Origin: Fervidicoccaceae archaeon
GTDB taxonomy: Archaea; Thermoproteota; Thermoprotei_A; Sulfolobales; Fervidicoccaceae
Direction of reading: 5' to 3'
Length of the DNA stretch: 50,013 nucleotides
Assembly (NCBI GenBank): GCA_038734945.1
Contig: JAVYOA010000002.1
Location: 372,001-422,013 of the forward strand
Every line of letters begins with the position of its first letter. Positions within the stretch are counted from its first letter, which is position 1. Below, piece after piece: positions 1-8,833 of this stretch. The notes under the pieces were generated by a model that searched no databases, was not told where the DNA came from, and saw nothing but the letters and a program-made list of their open reading frames with translations. Position numbers and translations under genes: made by a program.

Positions 1-753
1 TACGAGGCTGAGAAATTGAAAGTTCTGTTTGTTCCCGTTTACTATAAGGGAGATATTGGGGATGAACTAATCTTGGAGGCTGCAGAGAAGCTGAGGGCTG
101 CTGGAGCACAACGACCCGTCATCGGCGCTTCCGTACAGCATGTGAGGCTTATACCGAAAGTATATGAGAGGCTGAGCTCCCTCGGATTCTCACCAAGAAT
201 TTCGTCTGGAAAAAGAATGTTTTCTGGACAGATAGTAGGATGCGATTATACAGCTCTGATCTCTGCTGTGGATTCCGATTCCGCTCTGATAATAAGCGGG
301 GGACTCTTCCATGCTCTTGGTGCTTCTTTTGCCTTCAGAGGGCCAGTGATTCAAGTGGATCCATATGCGGGAAAGGTGAGGAACATGGAGGAAGAAAGAA
401 CAAAGTGGATGAAGAGAAGGTATGCAGAGATGATGAGGGCAAGGGAAGCAAGAATGTGGGGTATTATAATTGGAACGATGATAGGACAGTATAGACCATC
501 TATACTCGAAAGGCTTAAGAGGAGAATTGTTGAGAGGGGCATGAAATACAGATTGTTTGCTTCTCACATTCTGAAGAGAGAGAACTTACTTAACTTGGCA
601 AATTATGATATAGATGCTTTTGTGGTCACATCGTGTCCAAGAATCCCAATAGATGACTTCACGCTTGATCCGATGGAAAAGCCGGTCCTCACTCCTGGAG
701 AAGCTCTATCTGTTATTGAGGGGAAATTGGAGGTATATAGGTTTCCTTGGTAG
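1..753 (+). CDS. dph2: Diphthamide biosynthesis enzyme Dph2 (5' truncated)
   Basis: GQIVGC, GGLFH and VVTSCPRIPIDD motifs; frame open to the window edge. Confidence 0.9.
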   Translation, partial: YEAEKLKVLFVPVYYKGDIGDELILEAAEKLRAAGAQRPVIGASVQHVRLIPKVYERLSSLGFSPRISSGKRMFSGQIVGCDYTALISAVDSDSALIISGGLFHALGASFAFRGPVIQVDPYAGKVRNMEEERTKWMKRRYAEMMRAREARMWGIIIGTMIGQYRPSILERLKRRIVERGMKYRLFASHILKRENLLNLANYDIDAFVVTSCPRIPIDDFTLDPMEKPVLTPGEALSVIEGKLEVYRFPW

Positions 754-1376
754 AAGGAACAATTGATAAAAAGAAATTGGAGATCATGCTAGATAAGCTT
801 GAGGGAAAGCTTAAACCGCTGCCGAATCTTGAGCAGCACAGAACGCCAGGATGGATAGCAGCAGACATAGTTTGGACAGCAAGACAGTCTGGAATGCTCC
901 TAAATAAGAGAATTTTGGACCTAGGGTCTGGAGTAGGGATCTTCTGCATAGCCTCTCTGCTTGCTGGAGCTTCCGAATGCATTTCCATCGAGATCGATCC
1001 AGATTCAATTGAGGTCCAAAGAAGGAACTTGGCCATGTATGAATTGCAGGATGATGCGCATGTTATATTGGGGGATGCTAAACATCTTCCATTGAGAGAG
1101 AGCATATGCGATTTGGCTCTGATGAACCCTCCTTTTGGGACTGTAAAAAAAGGAGATGATGTTGCTTTTCTTTATTCCGCTGTTTCAGCCTGCAGAGCAG
1201 CCTTAAGTCTTCACCTCTCCAGCGAAAAGACCAGGGAATTCATCTACAGAGAGATGGAAAAGATTGGAAAGAAGAGCAAAGTGTTAAAAACGTATAAAAT
1301 GGAGTTAAAACAAATATTCGAATATCACAGATCTAGAATAAAGAGGATAAGCGTGGATCTATATTTGGTGGAGTGA
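747..1376 (+). CDS. METTL5-family SAM-dependent RNA methyltransferase
   Basis: LEQHRTP, LDLGSGVG and NPPFG motifs; sits next to dph2 and csl4. Confidence 0.85.
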   Translation: MVEGTIDKKKLEIMLDKLEGKLKPLPNLEQHRTPGWIAADIVWTARQSGMLLNKRILDLGSGVGIFCIASLLAGASECISIEIDPDSIEVQRRNLAMYELQDDAHVILGDAKHLPLRESICDLALMNPPFGTVKKGDDVAFLYSAVSACRAALSLHLSSEKTREFIYREMEKIGKKSKVLKTYKMELKQIFEYHRSRIKRISVDLYLVE

Positions 1377-1377
1377 T

Positions 1378-1944
1378 ATGGAGAACAATGATGTTGTCGT
1401 ACCAGGAGAGGAGCTGGCAGTCATAGAGGAGTTCTCTCCACTGAACGGAACATACAGCGATGAGAATGGCTTCGTGAGAGCCTCGCTTTTGGGAAAGGTT
1501 TCGAAAGATCTATTGAACAAGGTAATAAGAGTAAATCCCGTGAAGTCCAGGTATGCTTTTCCCATGGTGAAGGATATCGTTATTGGGTATGTTAGCTTCT
1601 TGAGGGGAGAGATAGCCATGGTGAATATTGTGAGAGATGGAAACCTCAGGCCTTTGACAGGACAGCTGGCTGGCTTTCTCCATATCTCACAGACGGGAGC
1701 TGAGGGAAGGCACATCAGTGAGCACATTGCCCCAGGGGATCTTATAAGAGCAAGAGTGATATCGTCTGAAAATCCATTTCAGCTTTCAATAAAGCATCCC
1801 TCACTCGGAGTCATCCTGGCCTCGTGCTCTCAGTGTGGGGCCATACTGCGGAGAGATGGAGACAAGCTAGTTTGTCCAAAGTGTGGAAACATTGAGAAAA
1901 GAAAAATTGCCTCAGGATATCTGAATTTAAAAAGAATAGAGTAG
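1378..1944 (+). CDS. csl4: Exosome RNA-binding component Csl4
   Basis: VVPGEELAVIEE, S1 domain and C-terminal CxxC..CxxC Zn ribbon ending EKRKIA. Confidence 0.92.
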   Translation: MENNDVVVPGEELAVIEEFSPLNGTYSDENGFVRASLLGKVSKDLLNKVIRVNPVKSRYAFPMVKDIVIGYVSFLRGEIAMVNIVRDGNLRPLTGQLAGFLHISQTGAEGRHISEHIAPGDLIRARVISSENPFQLSIKHPSLGVILASCSQCGAILRRDGDKLVCPKCGNIEKRKIASGYLNLKRIE

Positions 1945-1993
1945 AGATCTTCTAGAGGTTTGTTGAAACGAGAGAGAAGGTGGGTTTTCCGTT

Positions 1994-2638
1994 TTGACGG
2001 TAAAGAGAAAAATTGTTCTGAGGATTTCAGGTGAGATTGAGAAGGAAAAGATCATTGAGGAAATAATGTCGAGAATATCTGCACAGGAGGCATTTTACAG
2101 GCTTAAGGGAGACGTTCTAGAACTCAGGCTTATAGGAGATCCCATTAGTGTTGAAAGAAGTGTTGAGGCTGTGAGAAAATTTGCTTCAAGTACGATGCTC
2201 GGAGCTGGAGGGAAGAGGGGAGGGACAATCGTTCAGCTATCACAGGCTTCCAAAACTCTCGGAGTTCCTGTTCCAATTGAAGCATTTTCACATCTTCTTG
2301 AGGCATTGGGAGTAAAGGTAAAGAAACAGAAGGACGAGATCATCATATATGAGAGGGCGGAAAAAGTTAGAGAAATAGCTAGAGATTTCTTCTTAAGGCT
2401 AAGAGAATCCAGAACAATCGCTTTCGGAAAAGCAGCTGAGCTTATTGCTATTCTCAGCTTCCTTCATGATCTTCTTCCCATCGAGATCTCTGAAATTGGG
2501 AAGGAGCTGGGAGTTTTGGAAGAGAAGGATGGAAAGGCTCAACTGAGAGTGAGATGGGATGACGCATTTTTAACTCTCAATAGAGAGCTAAGTGAGTCAA
2601 AGGGAAAAGAAGGAGAGAGTGGAAAGGCTCTATTTTAA
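1994..2638 (+). CDS. DUF2067-like crenarchaeal protein
   Basis: 214 aa ORF in the csl4-rpoL position; call rests on synteny. Confidence 0.55.
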   Translation: MTVKRKIVLRISGEIEKEKIIEEIMSRISAQEAFYRLKGDVLELRLIGDPISVERSVEAVRKFASSTMLGAGGKRGGTIVQLSQASKTLGVPVPIEAFSHLLEALGVKVKKQKDEIIIYERAEKVREIARDFFLRLRESRTIAFGKAAELIAILSFLHDLLPIEISEIGKELGVLEEKDGKAQLRVRWDDAFLTLNRELSESKGKEGESGKALF

Positions 2639-2798
2639 GCCGAAGTTCAAAGAAAATATAGCTCTTAGAACACTTATGGGCTAAAATTAAAAAGGGGAGA
2701 ATGTAATTGTTTATCATTCACTGGAGAATTGGAATATTAAAGGCTCCAGTGGAAGATATTTTGCTGTTCAATGTCTATGCATTGAGAAGTGATTAAAA

Positions 2799-3101
2799 AT
2801 GTCGACAGCACCGAATTATGTTGTTAGAAAAAAGTCGAGCACTGAGCTAGAGCTTGAGATATTCAATGAAGACCACACTCTGGGAAACTTGCTAGCAAAG
2901 AGGATATTGGATGAAAGGGGTGTGGTCATGTCCTACTACAGAATAGAGCATCCCCTTAAGAACAGCATTATTCTCTATGTGAAGACCGATGGAAGCATTT
3001 CCCCAATTGAAGCTATTAGGAGGGCTGTGAAGGGCACATATGCCCTCATCGATGAGCTGGGTGCTAAGATTGAGGAGAAGCTCAAGGAGGCTCAAGCCTG
3101 A
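2799..3101 (+). CDS. rpoL: RNA polymerase subunit Rpo11/RpoL
   Basis: EDHTLGNLL and YRIEHPL motifs. Confidence 0.95.
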   Translation: MSTAPNYVVRKKSSTELELEIFNEDHTLGNLLAKRILDERGVVMSYYRIEHPLKNSIILYVKTDGSISPIEAIRRAVKGTYALIDELGAKIEEKLKEAQA

Positions 3102-3111
3102 GAGCAGAGTA

Positions 3112-3381
3112 CTGGAGCTCTTGGTAAAGGGGGGAATTGCTATAGGGCTCGTTACAAAGGGGAACTTAATAGAGCATTTCCTTATCGAAAGGGTTGACTC
3201 CGATCTTCCAGAGAGGCTGAGTGAGAGGGGTTTCATAAAGGAGGTGAGAAAGGTCGTGATTAAGGGGGGGAACAGCGAGCTGCTTTCGAGATTGCTTGGT
3301 GCTGAGGCATTGGAAAATCTCCCTCATGAAGAGCTTATGCTGAACATTCTAGATGAATTGGAAAAATTGAGTGGGAGGTGA
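3112..3381 (+). CDS. Small hypothetical protein (start uncertain, CTG 3112 or TTG 3121)
   Basis: Fills the rpoL-tfs gap with coding-like composition. Confidence 0.55.
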   Translation: MELLVKGGIAIGLVTKGNLIEHFLIERVDSDLPERLSERGFIKEVRKVVIKGGNSELLSRLLGAEALENLPHEELMLNILDELEKLSGR

Positions 3382-3388
3382 TTTCAGG

Positions 3389-3733
3389 ATGAAGTTCTGC
3401 CCAAAGTGCGGCTCACTTATGAAGCCGAAAAGGACTGGGGGGAAAACCTATCTTGAGTGCCCAAAATGCGGATATGTAGAGGAAATGACCACAAGCCAGG
3501 AAGGCTATAAGATAGCAAGCAAAATAAAGCACTCAAACAAGGAAAAGTCGATCATAGTTGAAGAGGGAAAAGTTCCGGAGACGCTTCCAAAGTTGAAAGA
3601 TGCTGTTTATTGTCCAAAATGTGGGTACAATGAGGTCTATTACTGGACCATGCAGACTAGAGCAGCCGATGAGCCTCCAACGAGGTTCTATAAATGCGTG
3701 AGATGCGGGCATGTTTGGAGAGAGTATGAGTGA
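3389..3733 (+). CDS. tfs: Transcription cleavage factor TFS
   Basis: MKFCPKCG and QTRAADEPPTRFYKC with intact DE; SD GGAGGTGA before ATG 3389. Confidence 0.95.
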   Translation: MKFCPKCGSLMKPKRTGGKTYLECPKCGYVEEMTTSQEGYKIASKIKHSNKEKSIIVEEGKVPETLPKLKDAVYCPKCGYNEVYYWTMQTRAADEPPTRFYKCVRCGHVWREYE

Positions 3734-3816
3734 ATACAGCATTAAATTGCGATCAAAGAGTATAAAAGAGAGTTGGGCGGATTCTCATATAGGGTTAACG
3801 GGAAGGTAGATCTTGG

Positions 3817-4551
3817 ATGAGGCTTCAATTTTCCGATGCTTCACTTTGGAGAGAGGTGTTGGTTGGAGCAAGCAAACTAGTTAAAGAAATAACTGTGGTG
3901 CCTGAAGATTCGGGAGTAAGGTTAAGGTCACTCGATCCGAGCCACGTAGTTCTCGTGGACATCTTTTTTCCAAGGGAATCCATGGAAGAATATGAGTCTG
4001 GCAGCGAGGCATTTGGAATAGATTTGGAGGAGTTTGCTGAGATCATCAGAAGAGCTAGAAAAGATGATGCCCTCACGATGGAGCTGAAGGAGAATAGGCT
4101 GAGAACGGTTTTCAGTGGAAAGCTGAGGAGGGAGTTCATTGAGCCCACCATTGAAGCATCATTCAAAGATCTTCCTGAACCAAAGATAGATCTGAAGGCT
4201 GAAGTGAGGATTCTTCCTGAAGCACTGAAGAATGCTCTTGAGGATATAGAAATGATGGGAGATAGTGTGACCTTTGAGGCCAGTGAAGATTCTTTTAGAA
4301 TATTGAGCGAGAGCGAAGTAGGAACTGCCTCGGTAGTTCTCACCAAGGATGGAGGAGAAATTATATCAATCCAGGCCGAGGAGGTTCAGAAAGCTACATA
4401 TGGGATCGAATACTTCTCGGAGCTTCTCGGTCAGATAAAGAGAGCTGAAGTAGCCATATTGAGCTTCTCAAATGATATGCCCGCAAAGCTCGTCCTAGAG
4501 CTTCCTCAGAGAGCAAGGTTGGTAACGTTTGTCGCACCAAGAACTACCTAG
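3817..4551 (+). CDS. pcn: PCNA sliding clamp
   Basis: SLDPSHVVLVD, C-terminal FVAPR, 244 aa. Confidence 0.95.
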   Translation: MRLQFSDASLWREVLVGASKLVKEITVVPEDSGVRLRSLDPSHVVLVDIFFPRESMEEYESGSEAFGIDLEEFAEIIRRARKDDALTMELKENRLRTVFSGKLRREFIEPTIEASFKDLPEPKIDLKAEVRILPEALKNALEDIEMMGDSVTFEASEDSFRILSESEVGTASVVLTKDGGEIISIQAEEVQKATYGIEYFSELLGQIKRAEVAILSFSNDMPAKLVLELPQRARLVTFVAPRTT

Positions 4552-5671
4552 AGAGAGAGCTCTAGAGTGGATAAGAAGAGAGCTCATAGAGTACTATACT
4601 GCAGCAGAGCTTGAGCTGCCTGAGAATCTTTCCTCAAGAGAGTTTGCTTTCCAACCTCTAACGTCTCAATTCTATGTGAGACACTTATCATTCAAATCTG
4701 CTGATGAGCTGAGAAAGTTCATCTTGAAGAATCCTCCCATGCATCTCTATTATTCATCGGCTGTTTATCTCTTTCCAGAGATCAAGGAAATGGAGAAGAA
4801 AGGTTATGTTGGAAGCGAACTTCTGTTCGACATTGATGTTGACGAGATCTCAGGGTGCAATCCCATGGAGCAGCTTCATGTATGTCTCAACTGTGGACAT
4901 TTAATGTATGGAAGCAAGATAAAGAGATGCATGAAGTGCAACAGCTCAAAAGTTGTTGAGGTTTCCCCGGTTTCAGAAGACTGCATAAGAAAGGGAGCAA
5001 GAATGGCTGCTGAGCTGACGAGAGTCTTGAGGAGAGATCTTGGCTTTGATCGTGTTGACATATATTTTTCCGGTAACAGGGGATTTCATGTTAGGCCCAA
5101 TTGTGATGAAGAATGCATGAAGCTCACCAGCGATGAGAGGAGAGAAATAGTAGATTACTTGAAAGGGACAGGTCTGGATCTCGAGGCTATTCTGGGACCT
5201 CTCAAGGATAATTTGCTGGTTCCCTCTCCAAGGGATCCTGGATGGAGGGGGAGAATAGGCAGAGCTATCTATGAGAGGCTTGGCCTAAGAGAGGATGATT
5301 CTATAACATGGGGAGAGGCGAAGAAGCGGCTTAAAATTGAGAGAGCTGAAGAAGCTATATTGCTGGCATCAATTGACATAGATGAGAAGGTAACGATAGA
5401 TGTTCATAGGCTCATCAGGATCCCTGGTTCCATTAATGGCAAACTAGGACTGCCCGTTGTAAAGCTTGGAGAGGCTGAGCTGAAGGATTTCACTATACGA
5501 TGCGAGCTCTCTCCATTTAAAGTTAAGGTTCCTATCAAAATGCGGGTAAGTATCATCGAAAAAACAATAATGGGTATAAAGGTAAGTGCTAATAAAGGTG
5601 AATTGCTGGAAGTTCCTGGCTGCCTAGCATTTCCATTTCTGGTGAAGGGAATAGCAGAGTTGGGTGAGTAG
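4529..5671 (+). CDS. priS: DNA primase small subunit PriS
   Basis: REFAF, ELLFDIDVD, FSGNRGFHV and HRLIRIPGS motifs; Zn-ribbon insertion. Confidence 0.95.
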   Translation: MSHQELPRERALEWIRRELIEYYTAAELELPENLSSREFAFQPLTSQFYVRHLSFKSADELRKFILKNPPMHLYYSSAVYLFPEIKEMEKKGYVGSELLFDIDVDEISGCNPMEQLHVCLNCGHLMYGSKIKRCMKCNSSKVVEVSPVSEDCIRKGARMAAELTRVLRRDLGFDRVDIYFSGNRGFHVRPNCDEECMKLTSDERREIVDYLKGTGLDLEAILGPLKDNLLVPSPRDPGWRGRIGRAIYERLGLREDDSITWGEAKKRLKIERAEEAILLASIDIDEKVTIDVHRLIRIPGSINGKLGLPVVKLGEAELKDFTIRCELSPFKVKVPIKMRVSIIEKTIMGIKVSANKGELLEVPGCLAFPFLVKGIAELGE

Positions 5672-6074
5672 GGTGGATGAAGAGCTCTCAGCTGAGCTAA
5701 CAAGGGCAGCAACAAGAGGCACTATTGATCTGCATTTATTAAGAAAGAAGCTGTTGCTTGAGATCTCTGAGCTTTGCTATCAGGACGGCAGGATCAGGCT
5801 GATTGAGCGGTTTGAAGATGTATGCAGGGAAGCTGCAAAGAGGGGAGAAAAGATTGTCAAGATCATATATGCCATTCAGAAAAGGAGCGGGGCTGGGGAA
5901 TATACTCCTCTCAACGTAGCTGTTCAGCAATCGGAGGGCAAGACAGTTGCGTGGATGTACAGATATGAGAATGATGCCTTCGAGATCTTCACCTCTCCAC
6001 CGGATAGAGCTGAACACCTTGCTTATCTTGGAGCTGCCGAATGGCTGAAGATATTCAAGTTCACTCATGACTGA
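5664..6074 (+). CDS. Probable highly diverged GINS15 (Gins51) subunit
   Basis: Occupies the gins15 slot between priS and rpl44e; C-terminal AEHLAYLGAAE resembles the end of the GINS B-domain. Confidence 0.55.
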   Translation: MSRVDEELSAELTRAATRGTIDLHLLRKKLLLEISELCYQDGRIRLIERFEDVCREAAKRGEKIVKIIYAIQKRSGAGEYTPLNVAVQQSEGKTVAWMYRYENDAFEIFTSPPDRAEHLAYLGAAEWLKIFKFTHD

Positions 6075-6194
6075 GAACAGCAGCTACATTGTTCAAAGTC
6101 GAGAAATATCTATTTAAACCCTCTTGAGCAACAGAAGAGAGAGATTAACTGCCAACAAACTGGATATCAATAGCTAGTTGTGAGGGAAAGGAAG

Positions 6195-6479
6195 TTGAAG
6201 GTTCCAAAGCAAATAAGAACGTACTGTCCAAGGTGCAGGAAGCACACAGTGCACTCTGTAATGCTCTACAAAGGAGGGAAGAGAAGGAAGCTTGCAATTG
6301 GAGAGAGAAGGTATAGAAGGAAGCAGGAGGGCTATGGCTCAAAGAGAAGGCCAGAGCAAAAGAGATTTGCTAAAACAACGAAAAAGCAAGTTCTTAAGCT
6401 CAAGTGCTCTGAGTGTGGATATATAACACACAGAAGGGGAATCAGGCTAAAGAAGCTCGAAATAACGGAGGTGGCCTGA
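6195..6479 (+). CDS. rpl44e: 50S ribosomal protein L44e
   Basis: KVPKQIRTYCPRC..LKCSECG; TTG start at 6195. Confidence 0.96.
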   Translation: MKVPKQIRTYCPRCRKHTVHSVMLYKGGKRRKLAIGERRYRRKQEGYGSKRRPEQKRFAKTTKKQVLKLKCSECGYITHRRGIRLKKLEITEVA

Positions 6480-6680
6480 ATGCCGAAGAAGAACAAAATA
6501 CCTATACCGGAGCCTAGGACTAAATTCATATTGATAAGATGTCCGAGCTGCGGGAATGAGCAGGTTGTCTTCTCCCATGCCACGTTCCCTGTTAGGTGCC
6601 TCATTTGTGGAAGCCAGCTTGTCAGGCCTACAGGAGGAAGGGCCATGCTCCAGGCCCAGTTCATAAAAATTGTAGGTTAG
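6480..6680 (+). CDS. rps27e: 30S ribosomal protein S27e
   Basis: RCPSCGNEQVVFSHA..CLICG..PTGG. Confidence 0.96.
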   Translation: MPKKNKIPIPEPRTKFILIRCPSCGNEQVVFSHATFPVRCLICGSQLVRPTGGRAMLQAQFIKIVG

Positions 6681-6723
6681 GAGGATTATTTTTCAAATAT
6701 ATTATGCAGGAGGATGATGGAGA

Positions 6724-7518
6724 ACGGTAAGGTCTAGGAAAGATTTTCCAGAAGCAAATGAGCTGGTGGTGGCAACAGTCAAGGAAATTTTCGATTATGG
6801 AGCCTATGTTGAGCTCGATGAATATAAGAACATGAGGGCCTACCTGCCTTGGAGCGAGGTTGCTTCGAAGTGGGTGAAAGATGTTAAGGATGTTATTAGG
6901 CCAGGTGAGAAGATAGTCGCCAAGGTAATACGGGTCAACAGACAGAAGGGGCAGGTCGATGTCAGTTTAAAGAGAGTTTACGATACCGAGAAGAAGAAGA
7001 AAATGCAGTGGTACAAGAGAAATCAAAGAGCGGAGAAGGTCCTTCAGCTAGCAGCACAGAGAATTGGAAAGAGTCTAGATGATGCGTACAAGGAAGCTGG
7101 ATGGCCACTTGAGGATTACTATGGAGAGATTTATTCTGGTTTGGAAGCTGCTGTCATGAGCGGGCCTGAGGCATTGAGGATCCCTGGAGTAAAGGAGGAG
7201 TGGATCATCCCACTTCATGAGGAAGCAGTAAAGCACATACAAATAAAGCAAGTAAAGCTAGTTGGAACAGTTACCCTGAGATCGCTTGAGCCAGATGGCA
7301 TTGAGAGGATAAAAGATGTTCTAATGAAGCTGAAGAGCTCGGTGGGAGATGATGTGAAGATAAATGTCTACACTGTAGGTGCTCCTAGGTACAGAGTTGA
7401 GCTGATCACGACTGATTATAAGGTTGGCGAGAGGGCCCTGGAAAAGTCAGTTCATGAAGCAGAGAAAGAAGCTCAGAGGAAAAGGGTTGAGATGATCTTC
7501 ACAAGGGAAAAAGCATGA
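6724..7518 (+). CDS. eif2a: Translation initiation factor aIF2 alpha (start apparently ACG at 6724)
   Basis: S1 domain FDYGAYVELDEY, DVSLKRV and GAPRYRV; conserved N-terminus RSRKDFPEANELVV lies upstream of the ORF-track GTG. Confidence 0.93.
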   Translation, partial: TVRSRKDFPEANELVVATVKEIFDYGAYVELDEYKNMRAYLPWSEVASKWVKDVKDVIRPGEKIVAKVIRVNRQKGQVDVSLKRVYDTEKKKKMQWYKRNQRAEKVLQLAAQRIGKSLDDAYKEAGWPLEDYYGEIYSGLEAAVMSGPEALRIPGVKEEWIIPLHEEAVKHIQIKQVKLVGTVTLRSLEPDGIERIKDVLMKLKSSVGDDVKINVYTVGAPRYRVELITTDYKVGERALEKSVHEAEKEAQRKRVEMIFTREKA

Positions 7519-7697
7519 GGTGGCTGTTGAGAAAGTGCAGGAGCTGCGGAAGGTACACCCTTGAGCAGAGCAAATGCCCATATTGCGGAGGGGAGCTCCT
7601 AGTTCCTCATCCTCCCAGATTTTCTCCTGAGGATAAATATGTTAAGTATAGAGTCCTGGCGAAATCTACCACGGAACGCTCTTCAGCTTCAGCTTGA
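7515..7697 (+). CDS. nop10: H/ACA RNP protein Nop10
   Basis: RKCRSCGRYTL..CPYCGG..PHPPRFSPEDKY. Confidence 0.95.
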   Translation: MRWLLRKCRSCGRYTLEQSKCPYCGGELLVPHPPRFSPEDKYVKYRVLAKSTTERSSASA

Positions 7698-8187
7698 ATG
7701 CTATATAGTTTGTTAAAACATGAAGCAGAGGGATAAGTATTAGCCCTAGAACAAAGCTCTCTAAGGACGGGTGAAGGCAGCCTCTGCAAAGAAGAATGGC
7801 AAGCGTTGAGCCTAGGTAGAAGTCCAGTTGATCAGCAATAGGTAGCATCCCTCCTCTTTCAATCCCCATTCTCCGCTTGAAAAAGGACTTAATTATATCG
7901 CCCAATATTGCACCAACTGATGAGACTATTCCTGTAGTTGCAACTTCGGATATACTCCCAGAATAAAGCCCTAGCAGTGCCGCAGTTATTCCTCCTGCTG
8001 CTATTCCACCAAACATCCCCTCGAAGCTCTTCCCATCCCCAAGGATCCTCCTTCCATCTCTCCATTTTTTCCCTCTGTCTATTGGGTGAGTCTTGACTAT
8101 CTTTGAGATCACTACAGGTGATCCATTAGCAACCATTGGAGGAAGGTATATGAGAAAGAACTCTGCTAGTATTCGCATGAAATCCAC
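7666..8187 (-). CDS. carS: CDP-archaeol synthase
   Basis: ANGSPV, PID, LGDGKSFEG, GDIIKSFFKRR, DQLDF and KSVPW motifs. Confidence 0.92.
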   Translation of the reverse strand: MDFMRILAEFFLIYLPPMVANGSPVVISKIVKTHPIDRGKKWRDGRRILGDGKSFEGMFGGIAAGGITAALLGLYSGSISEVATTGIVSSVGAILGDIIKSFFKRRMGIERGGMLPIADQLDFYLGSTLAILLCRGCLHPSLESFVLGLILIPLLHVLTNYIAFKLKLKSVPW

Positions 8188-8768
8188 TCAAATCCACCCC
8201 TTTGAATGCTATAAGTGCCGAAAAATTTTCCGTTTATTTCGGCACTTCCCTCCATCTTCCATCCAACCCTGGAAAATCTCACCATGGAGGTTGAATAATG
8301 CTTCAGGGCCTCCTCACCACTTGGAGCTTCTCCTGTTAAGCTTACTTGAGCCGTTGCAAGAACCATTGCTTTTTCAGAGATTATCCGCAGCAGAGAGCAA
8401 ATGAATGAGAATGCCCTGAATGCTGATTCTATATTATACGAGGCAGAGACCCTGAATATGCTGTTTATACTATCAATAATGAGGAGTTCCTTCGAGCCCC
8501 ACACCTTTATTATGTCATGCATTATTCCCCATTCGTCCCAGTCATCCGAGAACTCGACCTCCGGTGGAACCCCTATCTGCAGTGCTCTCTCATATGTTGG
8601 GCTTCCTTCAGTGTTAACATAGAGGCTTTTCCTTTTGAGGTTCTTCGCTAGGGTCAGAGAGAAGGAGGTTTTTCCGACCCCAGCCTCCCCGTAGAGAACT
8701 GCGAAGCCCTTTTCTTCCGGAAATATTTTCTGCTTTAGGGCCTCCCAGCAAGACGGCTGTTCGCTCAT
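8166..8768 (-). CDS. RecA-superfamily ATPase (RadB-like)
   Basis: Walker A GEAGVGKT, YVNTEG, Walker B LIIDSI. Confidence 0.75.
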   Translation of the reverse strand: MSEQPSCWEALKQKIFPEEKGFAVLYGEAGVGKTSFSLTLAKNLKRKSLYVNTEGSPTYERALQIGVPPEVEFSDDWDEWGIMHDIIKVWGSKELLIIDSINSIFRVSASYNIESAFRAFSFICSLLRIISEKAMVLATAQVSLTGEAPSGEEALKHYSTSMVRFSRVGWKMEGSAEINGKFFGTYSIQRGGFEWISCEY

Positions 8769-8833
8769 GGTTTTGATCTCTTCCTATCTGATTTAGCTGA
8801 AACTATTATAACCTTAATTTTGTCCTGTTATAT

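Noticed and set aside
4860..4990. Cys-rich insertion in PriS as a possible intein
   Set aside because: Short Zn ribbon usual in crenarchaeal PriS; no intein terminal motifs
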